A DNA stretch of 64,000 bases. Source: Selaginella moellendorffii (Eukaryota > Plantae > Lycopodiophyta). The notes under the pieces are model-generated. The model was not told the DNA's origin and made no database searches. It worked only from the letters and a program-made list of their open reading frames with translations. The position numbers and the translations under genes were made by a program. This document shows positions 46,132-58,427 of the stretch, piece by piece. Location of the stretch: NCBI RefSeq assembly GCF_000143415.4, contig NW_003314293.1:372001-436000 (forward strand), written 5' to 3'. Within the stretch, counting starts at the first letter, position 1. Each line of letters begins with the position of its first letter.

Positions 46132-49100
46132 TTCCCCAAAAACAGAATGACCAATGACCCCTGTGTGTGTGCAAATAATAAAGTGTATTTAGGTCATTGT
46201 TAGTTTTAATCTGTTATCATGTGATTAATCTAATAGAAAATCTATACAGAGTAATTTAAATTTATAGTGGGAGAGCTCCTCAAAACATTCCAAAGTGTTG
46301 CATAATTCTTGAAGAGAATTTCTATGCAAGAATGTAAGAACTTAAAAAGGTTTCATGGACAGGGATATGCTCTTTGATCTTGTGCACAACACTTGAAAGG
46401 AGAACTCACATACCTGGATGCTTGCAGTAAATTTGTCTGTATCACACAGTTCCCTCTTGGTCAGGAGTTGTAACAAAGAATTCCTCCATAGTATGGACTT
46501 CCACTTCCTCTAGAGCCGAAAGCTGATAACTTTCACGAGGGAAGCAACATAGCTGGAGAGCGCAGTGGAGGGCCTTAAGGCCTTCCCGGCAACCTGGTGC
46601 TCCACTTGCAAGCTACTGGGTCTGGCTTGTCAGCTCTTTGACATCACCGAGGTATGGGGTGTTGCGAAAGCATCCCATCACGTCGTTTCTCATCTGTGAT
46701 CTCTTCAGCATCTTAAACAACTTGTCCACATTTCAGTTTATCAGGTAGAACCTTAAAGTTCATGGTTCGCTGTGTGACCTTTGGAGCTGGACTTGGACAG
46801 CCATGCATTGCATACAGTTGACTTAGCAAGCTTTAGAATGCAATGCACCGTATCTCCAGAAACAGTTCCTCTCATCGGTCTAGATTCCCTCCCTGTGTAA
46901 ATCTGGGGCATCTCGACCAAGAGATCATCTACCAAATGTGTCCGATCAGCCCATGGTGAGCTGTAGACTGAAAGAGACGAATTCCCGGCGGGAGAGTTTG
47001 CCATTAGGAAGGATGGTACCTTTGCCAAAGCCTTAATTAAATTGTTTTCGCGCGGAGGAACAGAAAAACAAGCTAGGCTCAGATCTGAACTGTCCATCCA
47101 TTGGAATATCTTGCAACGATCAACATTTCAAATTCAAATTCCTTGGCTATAGTGCCTGCTTGTCTTGTCACTCGAGCCGCCCAACGCCCTGGAACTTCCT
47201 TGGAGCTTTTAACCCCATCCTCTCGCAATCGTTTCCAAGGTTCTGTGGGTTCTTCTCGAGCGTCTAGCTTTTTTTGCTTGACTTGTCCCCATGTCACAAG
47301 TTTGGTTTAGGTTCTGGGTGAGAGCTACATGGCTCATAGTTATGCTCTTGGGACTGATTGTGTGGCCGTTTTGTTGTCTTGCACAGGTGGTGAGTTTCGT
47401 GAATGCCACTGCCATCACCAACATCTCCAACGAACGTCGTGATGCGCACTGGGATCGGTCGCCAATGCTATATCAGTCTCTATCAGGAAAAGCATAGTGG
47501 AGCATATCGTCGCTAGGCAAGAAAATGGATGGACGCAGCTCCAGTGGATCTGAGGGCGCTATTGCCCTCAGATTCACTGGAGCTGTTCCCATCGGTTTTC
47601 TTGCCTAGCGACCGATCAAGACTCTGATGTGACATTGGCACCTCTCTGCTTTTTGCGAGCAACCAAAGCAGCAGCAACCTCCCAGCATGATGGATTGTCG
47701 AGTGCCGCTTGTTCATTCTTTGCTTCATTTTGGAATAGAACTCGCCATTGAGATTTTTCTTTTCCGTTGGCTTTGATCTTGAAACTTCTGCACACTATGT
47801 AACTCGAGGAATGCGCGTGCAGAAGTTTCAAGAATCGACACATTTCTGTCCCATGATTCTCTTGCAGAACACTTCCATTCTGTAGCGCAGCTCGGAAGGA
47901 TGCCAATAGCACAAAGAAAGAACACAAGGGGAGCACACGAACAAGCAAGCGAAAACAGTGAGGTACTTCAAAACTCCGATGCTCAAGCAAGTTTTGTGAT
48001 TATTTCAGTGAACAGGCTAACTTTCTAGGTTCATGACAGCCTCCTTCATGCGCTTCCCAAAACACTTGCTCGATATTCTTTCGAGTCATGCCACTCTCTT
48101 GAGCGATTCCAGAAGTTGAGACGTGAGGCTATGTTTGCCCCGGGCTCTGGAACTAGCCCAGTCTCACATGTAAAATTTCTGAGGTGACGAATTCCTTTTG
48201 GCAAATTGCTTGTTTTTTCTTTGGTTGATTGAGAAGAATGAGCGGACGAACCCAGGGACACGTGATCCGCGTGGATTGGCGTGAACGTCGCTGGATCATA
48301 GTTCATCCTCTTCTGGCTACAGCACTGAGTGACAAGGTGCCACAGATTCCTAACCACAGATTCGAAGTTGCTATTGCCACCATCTCCAGGTTCTCCGGGA
48401 CAGCAAACATCAGCACAGGCTTGCGCCTTTGCCGGGTTCCGGATGCAAGCTCATTTGAGGAAGTTCAAATTGTGGTCGAATGAAGCCTTACGTTTCCTTC
48501 TATGTGATTTTCCTACACGTTTCTCATATTATGTTGTTCCCATCCTTTCACCTTACCATGTAAGCTCAGCCCCCAAAAAAGCAGCCAAGGAAGCTGTCGT
48601 TGATTACCAGAAATTTGGACAAGCTTTCGAAAATGCGGAAGATCGCAGTGATGAGAAACGACGTGATGGGACGCCTTACCCCTTGAAGCTACTTCTCTTG
48701 CAATCTTCGTTTGCATGTAGTGTTGTGATTCACAGCGGCGGAGGCGATTACTATGCCTCATCCGGGCCACTCTTTTTGGCAAAACTCTCAGGCGGAATGA
48801 TCGCCTTTCTTCCTTCCGAACAGTAAGCCACACTTGGCAATGATCCCGTTCGTCCCACGTTTTGGGAGGCCATTGTGATGAGCATCAGGACGCTGCGCCA
48901 CGGGTATTACCCGATCGGCAATCCAGACGCAGAACTCCTTACGTGGAATGCCTCCATTGCATACATTTGCATTAGAAAGTTTTCGAAAAAAAATGCTGCG
49001 CTGCGGCATCTCCGGAAACAGTTCGTGGCATGGAAACTGATCGCAAAGAGATCATCGGCCAAATCCTCTCTGAGCCTATGATCAGCCCCTACGCTCAAAG

Positions 49101-49519
49101 TTTTCTTAAATTGTTTTCGCGCGCGAATTATAGATGAGATCTGGGCCGTCCGTTTTGAAGATCCCTTGGAATATTCTGCAACGAATTCAAACTCCTCTTG
49201 TCGGCATTGGTTTCTTGTCGCTCCATTTTGCATTGATTCCCGCCCTTGTTAAGAGCCCAGGCCTTGTGCTTAAAACTCGAGCATAGTTTCCCTTCAGCGC
49301 TCTCTCGTTTCACCACACATACGGTAAACCAGAAGAGCTTGAACTATGCTTTAAATTCGGGGCTCCTGGGACTGGTGCCTGCTCGCCATTTTTTTTTTTT
49401 TTTTTGTCTCAATGGGGAATTCTTGAAGAAAAGTAACACCTCGGCAAACATAGTGTCATTGTTGGATGAAACTGCTGATCATATGCTAGAACCAAGTTCC
49501 AACTCCAATTGCCAGGGAG

Positions 49520-51241
49520 TCATCGAGAGGCATCACGCCCAGCGTATAGGATTTCCTCGTTGTTCACGATATCATCAATCTCACTTCCGGCAAGATCGCC
49601 GAAAGTCCATCCATTTTCGACCAGCGGAGCATCTCCAAGGGTACCAGCCTTGTCTTTCTCGCTTGCTTCCACCATACCAAGCTTGGGCTCGTCTTTTCCA
49701 ATTGCAGTCGCATTCGCTTCGCGAGCTCGGTTTCCAGTCGCAGTAGCATTGGCATCGCGAGCTCGGTTTCCAGCAGCAGTAACTCGTGATGGCGTTTCGC
49801 CACCTGCGATACTACGTCCGCTCGCAATCTCGATTTTCCCAGTATCAATACCGTTCACTACCATCGCGAAAGTTCTCACTCCGCCAACATTTGGAACAGT
49901 TGCCATCCCATCCGATCTGTTCTCCCCATTCGCAGCATGATCCTTTCCAGCCACTGGAGGAGCTTCCACCTTGCTGTTCTTCCCATTCGCAGTGTGATCC
50001 TCTCCAGCAACTGGACAAGCTTCCACTTCACTGTTCTTCCGATCCTTTCGAGCAACTGGAGGAGCTTCCACTTCACTGTTCTCTCCATTCGCAGTATGAT
50101 CCTTTCCAGCAACTGGATGATCTTCCACTTTCCTGTTCTCGGTATGATCCTTCCCAGCAACTGGAGGAGCGTCCACTTCCGCCAGTGGAGGAGCTACGAC
50201 CATCTTTCCCAGAACCGGATAGACTTGCGACTTAAACACCGTCTTCCTGATGGTGAACCCCGGCAACACCGAAAACGCCACGCTCTCACCGATCGCCAGC
50301 CTCTCCTCATCATCCTCGTCCTCCTCGAGATCATCCGCGGTGATCACGCTGTCCATGAACGCTGGCTCAATCTTCCTTCCAGTCGCTACGCGCAGAATCC
50401 TCGCAGCTGGGTAGAACGAGAAGGCCAAGCGATGGAGCTTCCACACCGATAGCGCCACCTTCTCGAACTGCGATCCAAGCTTTGCCTCGTCGAAGCCGGG
50501 GATCTTCCCCCGGAGCTCCTCCATCTTGGCCGCCGCAAAGACCTCCACTCGATCCTCGGGACAAGCTTGGAACTCCTGGAAGTAGCGGCGGCGCAGCTCC
50601 TCCGGATCGAGGAACTCGGTGAAGCCGCCATCCAGGCCAAAGGTTTCAGCTTCGAAGGCCGCGAAGAACACGTCGCCCAGCGCTGCGCGGACGGCGATCT
50701 TGCGGTGGAGCGGCCGCGCAAAGACGACCGAGGACGCCGCTAGAAACCGGGATGGAAGAACCGATGCGAGATTCTGGATCGCCTCGTTGGCCTGCGCTAG
50801 GGCCGCCTCGAAGAGCGTCGGCGTCGCGGACGAATCGGAGTAGGATCCCCCGAAAGATTGCTCCGAAATCTGGCGCTCCAGCCCGTCGATCTTGCGCTCT
50901 AGCTCGCTGGCCATGGATAGCGTCCTCTCCGTGTTCTTCTTCTCGAGTTCCAAAGCCCTGGAGTTGGTCTCGCGGATGCGCTGGATTTGCCACTGTAAAC
51001 GCCGATTCTCCTCGTGCAATTGCTGCGCACAACCCTGGATTTTGCGAAGTTCTTGATCGAGCGAAGAACATTGCTGATCCAGTTCCCCATTCCTCCGGTG
51101 GAGCTCCTTGCAGTGCTGATCCTGATCAAGGAGGCGCTGTTGGAGCGCGCCATTGACACTGACCTGGGATTCGAGAGAATCCTCGAGCTTTCTCTTCTTC
51201 ATCGCGAAGAGCGTCCCGAAGATCGAAGAGACGAACCACAT
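49520..51241 (-). CDS. GIL1/IRK-interacting-protein-like coiled-coil protein with repetitive C-terminal extension
   Basis: Coiled coil, then VWKLHRLAFSF-PAARILRV...VAFSVLPGFTIRKTVFKSQVY, then APPVAGKDHTANG and GNRARxANATA repeats. Confidence 0.8.
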   Translation of the reverse strand: MWFVSSIFGTLFAMKKRKLEDSLESQVSVNGALQQRLLDQDQHCKELHRRNGELDQQCSSLDQELRKIQGCAQQLHEENRRLQWQIQRIRETNSRALELEKKNTERTLSMASELERKIDGLERQISEQSFGGSYSDSSATPTLFEAALAQANEAIQNLASVLPSRFLAASSVVFARPLHRKIAVRAALGDVFFAAFEAETFGLDGGFTEFLDPEELRRRYFQEFQACPEDRVEVFAAAKMEELRGKIPGFDEAKLGSQFEKVALSVWKLHRLAFSFYPAARILRVATGRKIEPAFMDSVITADDLEEDEDDEERLAIGESVAFSVLPGFTIRKTVFKSQVYPVLGKMVVAPPLAEVDAPPVAGKDHTENRKVEDHPVAGKDHTANGENSEVEAPPVARKDRKNSEVEACPVAGEDHTANGKNSKVEAPPVAGKDHAANGENRSDGMATVPNVGGVRTFAMVVNGIDTGKIEIASGRSIAGGETPSRVTAAGNRARDANATATGNRAREANATAIGKDEPKLGMVEASEKDKAGTLGDAPLVENGWTFGDLAGSEIDDIVNNEEILYAGRDASR

Positions 51242-51368
51242 ACTAAAACCCTGGCGCTCTCTTCGCCCATCGCCCGCGCTTATAAAAGCGCTTCATATGA
51301 GCGTGATGTCACGTCCTAGTCTTAAAGCCCTCTAAACCCAAGAACCCTAAACCCTAGGTAGAGAGAAT

Positions 51369-52171
51369 ATGGCATCGCGCATGGCGGGTCGGGCATTTGG
51401 GCGGCGCATTCTCCAGGCGGCGCCGTCGGCGTCGCGGCGGTCGGCGCCATTTGGATTCGCGGGCGCCGCGCCTCGCAATCCAGTAAGATCCAGGTAAATC
51501 CCTTTGTGGGTGTCACAGGTTCTTGCTTCTTTGTGATCCCGAATCTCTCCTCCTCTTTGCGAATTCTCTTGTCCAGCCACTTTGCGAGTACATTCGTTAT
51601 TCTTCTCTCCTCCTCTTTGCAAATTCTCTTGTCCAGCCACTTTGCGAGTTACATTCGTTATTCTTCTGTCCTCCTCGTTGCAAATTCTCTCGTCCAGCCA
51701 CTTCGCGAGTTACATTCTAGTTGCCATTCCCTTCTCTTTTTGCTCAAACTTTGCAAGGTTTTCTAGCTTTCTCGTGTGCTGCCGCAAGCTCTCTAAGTTA
51801 CCTTGCTTAGAGTTTTCTCTTCTGGCAACTTCCCGATTAGCTTGCGAAGTATCGTGACGATTTATCTTTGCTGTTGCCTCTTTGGAGATCAAAGTCTCTT
51901 GTGTGCTCTTCCACTGCGAAGTTACATTAGAGTTTTCTCTTGTTGGTATGAATGACTATTACACACGTCGTTGCTCTCTCAAGTGGCAACTTTGAGAGCC
52001 TGTAACAAATCTCGATCTCTGCCTGGCAGGATCTTCCGGCGGGAGCTTCTGTCGATGCGGCCGCTCCACAGCGCGACGGCCGACTGCTGGATGGTGTCGC
52101 GGATCTCGGGCTGCGCAACCTGCTATGAAGGTGATCTCAGCTGTCTCTTGGTTCGTTCTCGGATATGGTAG
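51369..52171 (+). CDS. NFD6/NOXY2-like small mitochondrial protein, dispersed copy 4
   Basis: Exon 1 (51369-51493) reads MASRMAGRAFGRRIL. Exon 2, from 52030, reads IFRRELLSMRPLHSATADCWMVSRIS. The 3' end is uncertain. Confidence 0.7.
51543..51718. repeat. ~60-bp intronic tandem repeat x3
   Basis: tctctcctcctctttgc(g/a)aattctcttgtccagccactttgcgagt(t)acattc occurs three times. Confidence 0.9.
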
Positions 52172-52453
52172 AAACTGTTGCCATCACTTTAATATCAAAG
52201 GTGGGTGTTTCAGGCATCTATCTCAAGTGGTTGACGATGTGCCTCGAGAATTCGCAGTCGGTGGCAACAACATGATCAAGTGAAAGAAACCAAGACGAGA
52301 AATACCTCCTGTGGTGCCAGCTTTGCCTAGACTTGTCATCAGTTTAGTTATCTTGTTCTCATGATTGTTCTCAAGAACTATCTGCAATTATTCAAGTGCA
52401 CACATTTTTCTCGTTCGTTTTAAACGGAAATTTCTAAGTACCTTGCTTTGCTG

Positions 52454-55400
52454 CTACCATCGGTTGCCAAACTGTCCATCCCACTCTCGAAGCTGGTCGA
52501 GGTATCCAGCGTTATAAGATAAATTAACCTGCGGAGGATTGTCAAAAAAACGCTTGACAACAACACTTGACGTATAGAAGCATACCTCCTCCAGAGTACT
52601 CACGAAGTCCTGTGTTGTAAGTGGCCTTAGTTCTTGAGGCAGTGGCTGTCCAAAAGCATTTCTTTTGGCCTGAAAACGAGGATGAGTTCACGAAACAGTA
52701 AATTGAAATTGGAAGCAAGTCATTTACTTTCTCTAACTCGAGCATTTCTCGAACAGGCCGATACGCTGCAGCCACAGTTAAGTTCTGAAAGGAAGCAATG
52801 AACGTTTTGAATCACAAACAACTTAAGATTAAGAGTGACACCTTCAAGTCATTTGCGCTATAGCCATCAGTTAATTCTGCTACTCCTTTAAAGTCGAAGC
52901 CATTCTCAATCTCCTCCTTGGCAAGCAGCACAACAAGGATTTTTTCACGGCTTGATAAATCTGGAAGATCCACGCACAATCTGCCATCAGAGAGATGAGC
53001 AACAATGTCGTTTTACTATTGAAAGTAGACCTTTTCGGGAACTTTTGAATGACTGATTCGTCCAAATGGAAGGGTCGGCATGTAGCTGCCATCACCACAA
53101 CTGACTCTGCTATTCCTGACATGAGCCGATCCCATCCATAGATAAACTCGGACTTGAACCTCGTCATTGCTTCTCCAGCTTGTATAGCGAAAATACTGTC
53201 GATCTGATGACGGCACTTACAAGAATAGAACAAAAATGAAAGTGAAATGCACCTCATCGAGAAAAATAATTGATGGAGCCAGCCTGCGTGCAATTGAAAA
53301 CAGGGCTCTGGTCATCCGCTTCGGATCCTCAAGCCACTGCACCACAGAAGCTTCAGTGCCAAACTCACAACCTCTATTAAGGGTACCTTGTACTCAATAG
53401 AATTGCCTCTAAGCCAAAATAAGTTCGCGGAAGACTGGGCTGCAACGGCCTTTGTCAAGTAAGTCTTCCCAGTACCAGGCGGTCCATATAAAAGTACACC
53501 TTTGCAAGGCTATCCAGGCGTCAGAGACACAAAGGTCGTAAGCTTTCAAGACTTACACATGCCAACGCTCCCTTGGCAAAATGTTCTGGTCTCAGGAGGG
53601 GCACCACAACATGCTCTCCAAGAATTTTCTTCACATCCTCAAGTGCACCAACGTCATCAAATTTCGGTGCGCCGTTTGGCGCCAATACTGTAGACAACAC
53701 AGCTTCTTCGAACTCGTCTTTTGCTACTAGCTGTCAAACAAATTAAAAGCAGTCAAATTTGATACAAGCAAATACCTTAGGACCTTGCGCATGCTTGAGC
53801 CGTCTCAGCTTGAGAAGCGCTCTATCCAAGCTGCAAACCTGCATTATCGATCTGATTAAACAGCACAATCTTCCACGTACCTGCCTGCCGAAAGAGAAGT
53901 TTTGGCAGTCGATTTGTCTACGTGAACATTCTGTGAGTTTGAATATTCGTAGCTCACTGCCCAACTTACAACGTACTCGGCCTCTGTAGTAACTTCAGTT
54001 CCTCAGCGTTCCTTCCAAAGAAGAATCGGCTTACCCGAGTATGTGAGAAGGAAGTCACATATTTGAAACTCGATAAATTCCAAACACACCAGGTTGTGGG
54101 ATGTCAGAACCTGAAGAAACACTTTAACAAATAAAAAATGAATCGAAAAATAGAAACCTGAACCTTCTGTAATAGTTGGATATTCTTATTCGCAGTAACA
54201 CGCTCACCGTCTTGCAAAAGAAGCGCTTTCCATCTCCAGAAATCTAGATCATCCTATGAGCTGCCAGAATCAGCTCAAGCCTAAACAGTCGTGTAAACGA
54301 TACCTTTGGAGGAAAAATATCGACCACATTGGCGAATAAGTTATGTATACTCTTCAAGCTCTTCCTTTTAACCTGAAAAAAGCTGTCAAATGACAACGAG
54401 TGACAATTATAACTAGTTACCACAGAAAGAGGCTCATCTGCATCGGAAGTGAAGGTGGCAATAAGAGCGACGTTTCCAATCACTTTGTCCAATTGCCTTT
54501 GTAGATTGTGAATGATCTCCTGCTTCCAAGCTACAGGGACTGCTCTTTCAAACCATTGCTCAAGTTCCGAGAAGTACACAATCAAAGGCTTAGCGCTTCT
54601 ACTTATCTGTAAAAATAAGATGAAAAAAAATCCAAGTATAAAAGACAGGATACCTCGCACAAAGCGCTGATAGTGGCTTGCCATGCTGCAAGGAACATTG
54701 TATTTCCAGATTGATCCTTGTCAAAATCAGACGCTAAAGCAAGGCTGTTAACATATTCTCGGTAAAGTTAAAAAACGAGCTTACCATAATGCCATTCAAT
54801 GGGAGGACTTCTTCGAATGTCCTCGAACCTTGTTGTTAACTTGAGTGCGTCCTCCGTCGCATCAAAGAGGATCCCAATCTTTCCAGAAACACTTTCAGAG
54901 ACGGCAATGACTCGACCTCTACAATCAGTCTCAACAAATAAGTAAATAAATATCGTAAAACTGAAAAACGCTACCTTTGCCTTTCGTCCCTTTTGCTTAC
55001 GACACGATCACCTGAAAGCAGCATCTATGTCATTTAGGCAAATTGTAAAAGCTCTTACCTTTCCTGAACCCATTTTTGAAGCCCGTCACCTTCAATGGTG
55101 TACCACATGTTCAGTAGAATACAGAGGCAATATTACAAACTGTTACCTTCGACATATCATCACCTGCTTCAACTGCATCAGTATAACCATCACCGTGATC
55201 CTGAAAGGAACACAAATTCTCGTAAGTCAAATGGACTGATAACAAAACAAAAATACACGAGAAACGAAGATGGATGGACATACAAGTTCTGGCAAGGAAC
55301 CAGAACCTCAAGCACATACTTGAGGAGCAAGATCTGTACTATCGAGCATTAGTAACGCTACGCCTTGATCATGAGCAATTGCTTTCACCAGCATTTCCTG

Positions 55401-56962
55401 GTACATTTCCGAATCTTTCACACAAAAAGTCAGAGAGTTCGTTTTCACTTTGGCATTGAGGCTTACTTTGTGGACCATTCAGCAAGATCGTATTGCTGGA
55501 GGCACAAAGGCCGGACAAGTGACTCGCTCGTCTAGATTGATCGAGGCACGATCCCAGCGCCTCAACCAGGAAATCCCGAGTGACATCACTGGACACAATT
55601 TGCAACAGTTAGCATACCAGCAACGCGAAATAAGATTATATACCTCAGGTAATATGGGAACTTCGTCAAAGAAGCGTTGATTCTCTCGGCGGGCTGTATT
55701 TTCTCCACGAAATACTTCTTCAGTGACAGCTTCAAACCTGTCCCGACCGCTTTTCTATACTCGAAAGCTTCCCTTGCGACAGTCACGTCTCTCTCGAGCC
55801 GTTCCCGTTCCTGCTGTGCCTCGCACAATGCCTTGGATGCCAAGTCCACTTTCCGTTCGGCCTCGCAGAGATCCTTGCATTTAAGTTCCTCCCTCCGCCT
55901 CTCGAAATCTAGCAAGTCATCAAACTCGTCACCATCCTGCTGAGCACCAAGAGCTCCATCCACCTGAAAAAACGCAAACATTATATGGCAGGAAACGGCA
56001 AAAACAAAAACGAAACTTACAGGTCCATTCCTGAATCCCACGCATCCGTCTTGAGACCGCATAAGCAACTTAGCACGCTTCCTATCAACTTTAGCAAGCT
56101 CAGCCAGCCTGCGCTGCCAGTCGACGTTCCTCTCCCTCTCCACCTCTTTGAGCAAGTCTCCATATCCATCACCGGCCGCGACACCCACGCCCGAATCCCG
56201 CTTCCTCTTGGTCGCCCTCGTCATCTTCTTCCCAGAGCCCAGCCGCGGACTCAAGCCAGCAGCATTCGAGAACTCCTGGTAGCTGCTCGTCTCCGCCGCT
56301 TGGCCCGCCACCACGTTTGAGTTCTCACTCGGCGAAGCGTCCAGGCCAGTCTCCCCAGGACCCTCGAGAAGAAGAGTGTGACCACCTCTTCCAAAAGAGT
56401 TCCCGGACTGTGGCGACGTAGTAGGCAAGCTCGCGGCCGGGATGTTGAAGATCAAGTCGCCACCATTGTCAAGAACCACGACGTCCTCCTCGTCACTCCC
56501 CTCGGTATCCTCTCCACAGCCATCGCCCACGGCGGGCTGTCCAGAGATGGGCGAAGCTCCCGCGGCGGAGAGCTTGGTGGTGTTGCCAAAGAGCTTGTTC
56601 ATCACCACGTAAAACTCCCAGGGAGAGGTGTGGCCAGTGGGAGCGTACTTCATCCTCTCGCGCTTGTAGCGCTTCTTGAGGTTGTCCACCTTGGTCCGGC
56701 ATTGCTGCTCGTTCATGCTGATGCCACAGAACTCGTTCACCTTGTTGGAGACCTCGGTCCACTGCGCCATGGTGAGATTGCCCATGTTGCTCTTGGTCCA
56801 CACGTCCTTGAAGCACTCGAGCAGCATGATCGCGTGCATAAAAGGCCAGGAATCTCGGTTGGCCTTGCGCTTGCGCTGCTGCTGCTGCTGCTGCTGTAGC
56901 TGGCACTGTGATTGCTGCTGCTGCTGGGAATGGCTGGAATCGCCATTGGCGGCATTGCTCAT
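52454..56962 (-). CDS. Trihelix (Myb/SANT-like) domain fused to an MSP1-related plant AAA+ ATPase
   Basis: N-terminal polyQ and W...QWTEVS...[17 protein letters not shown]...WEFY lie in the same ORF as the FPYYL block. Downstream exons give [27 protein letters not shown] (~53462-53485), SIIFLDE and GYSANDLK. Confidence 0.78.
56873..56926 (-). repeat. CAG microsatellite encoding polyglutamine
   Basis: (ctg)n runs on the plus strand translate as [18 protein letters not shown]. Confidence 0.9.
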
Positions 56963-57087
56963 CCCTGGCGAGAAAAATCACACTGTGAGCTCCGCACAGA
57001 TCGATAGAATTGACAATCCCGAGGATAATTCTTAAAATCTAGCTGACAGGGATGGAAGAAACAAGAAATCTCAGGCGCTTGGATCGA

Positions 57088-57230
57088 GATGAAAATCTAG
57101 GCGAGAGAGGAAACGAAAGATTTTCGAAAATCTAGCCGAGAAATCTCTGGAATCTAGGCTCTTGGATCGAGATAGAAATCTAGGCGAGAAAGATTTTCGA
57201 AAATCTAGCCGAGAGAGGGAATGTCTAGCG
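57088..57230. repeat. Short degenerate repeats (AAATCTAG(G/C)CGAGA) between divergent genes
   Basis: The motif recurs about 5 times in the 436-bp interval between the trihelix-AAA gene and TAF13. Confidence 0.6.
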
Positions 57231-57398
57231 CCGCGCATTCGCAGAAGCGCACATTTCTCACCTGACATCGATGCCGCCCCCGCCGCTGCCGCCGCCTCGC
57301 CCTTCCGCGCCCGGGCGGCAGCATCCAGGCTAACGTTTAGATCCATCCCCTTTTAGGGCTCTTCAAATTGGAGAGAGAATTTAGGGTTCTTGGGCTCA

Positions 57399-57988
57399 AT
57401 GGCAGGGAGGGGAGGCAAAGCGCAGGAAGGCGGCAAGCGCAAGCGCGGAATGTTTAGCAAAGAATGTAAGCATGGAGTTTCTCATCTCTTTCGGTTTCTT
57501 TGTATCGATCGATCGCTCGCGCTTTTGCAGTGAGGCTCATGATGTATGGATTTGGAGACGATATTTGTGTAAGCTCGCTTTCTTGTTCTAGTATCTCTCT
57601 AAGCTCGTCGTAAAAGACTCCTACAGCCTCTTCAAGAATCGGTAGCTCTTATGGAGGACATGATGATCGAATACATCACTGATATGGTGTGCTTCGTTTT
57701 TTTCTTCTTACCTTTGCTAACTAGAATTTTTTCCAGGTTCACAAGGCTCAAGAAGTATCCTCGAAGAGAGGAAAGCTCACAACAGAAGACGTGATGTTTC
57801 TCGTCCGGAAGGTAACGATTTAATCTTTGTTTAGCGAAATGGTCATCGAGCTTCTATTGATCCAGGACATCCGCAAGTATGCCCGTGTGAAAGAGCTCTT
57901 GTCCATGAACGAGGAACTAAAACGTGCCAGGAAAGTTCTAAACGAGGACCTGGACGAGCAAAAGCTTGCCGCGCTAGAAACCCAGTGA
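57399..57988 (+). CDS. TAF13: TFIID subunit 13 (5 exons)
   Basis: KRKRGMFSKELRLMMYGFGDD, ESVALMEDMMIEYITDM, KRGKLTTEDVMFLVRKD and KYARVKELLSMNEELKRARK. Confidence 0.95.
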
Positions 57989-58427
57989 AGAAGGCGACGC
58001 TAGCTCGTCGACAAGTAGCAGTAATTTATGCGGTAAGTAGCATACGTCCAGGGAAGAAGACAGTGACAAAAGTAAAAGCAATTCAAGCTCGACATAGATA
58101 GGTAGATGAATCCGGGTGATTCATACAGACGGGGATATAGATTGGTCGACCGATCCGGATGGTTGGTTCATACAGTCCTTTTGGTCATCTTCGTGGGAAG
58201 CAGTAGGGATGGCCAGGTTATGACAGGAATCTGTCATTACAGCACGGTGGAGGAGATGCCACCATTCGAATCCGTGCTTCGGATATCCTTCAAGACAAAA
58301 CGAGCCGACACGAGTTTCACGGAAAACTCGTACTGAGAGTCCGAGGCGGCGTCTTTCGTGTGAGAGGCAAGGCAATAGCAGCAGCAGCAGCAGCAGCGGT
58401 TTCATTCTTCTTTGTGACTTCTGTGTC

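Noticed and set aside
58106-58336. Conserved upstream ORF for the 58428 gene
   Set aside because: It overlaps the probable TAF13 3' region, and conservation cannot be shown from this window.
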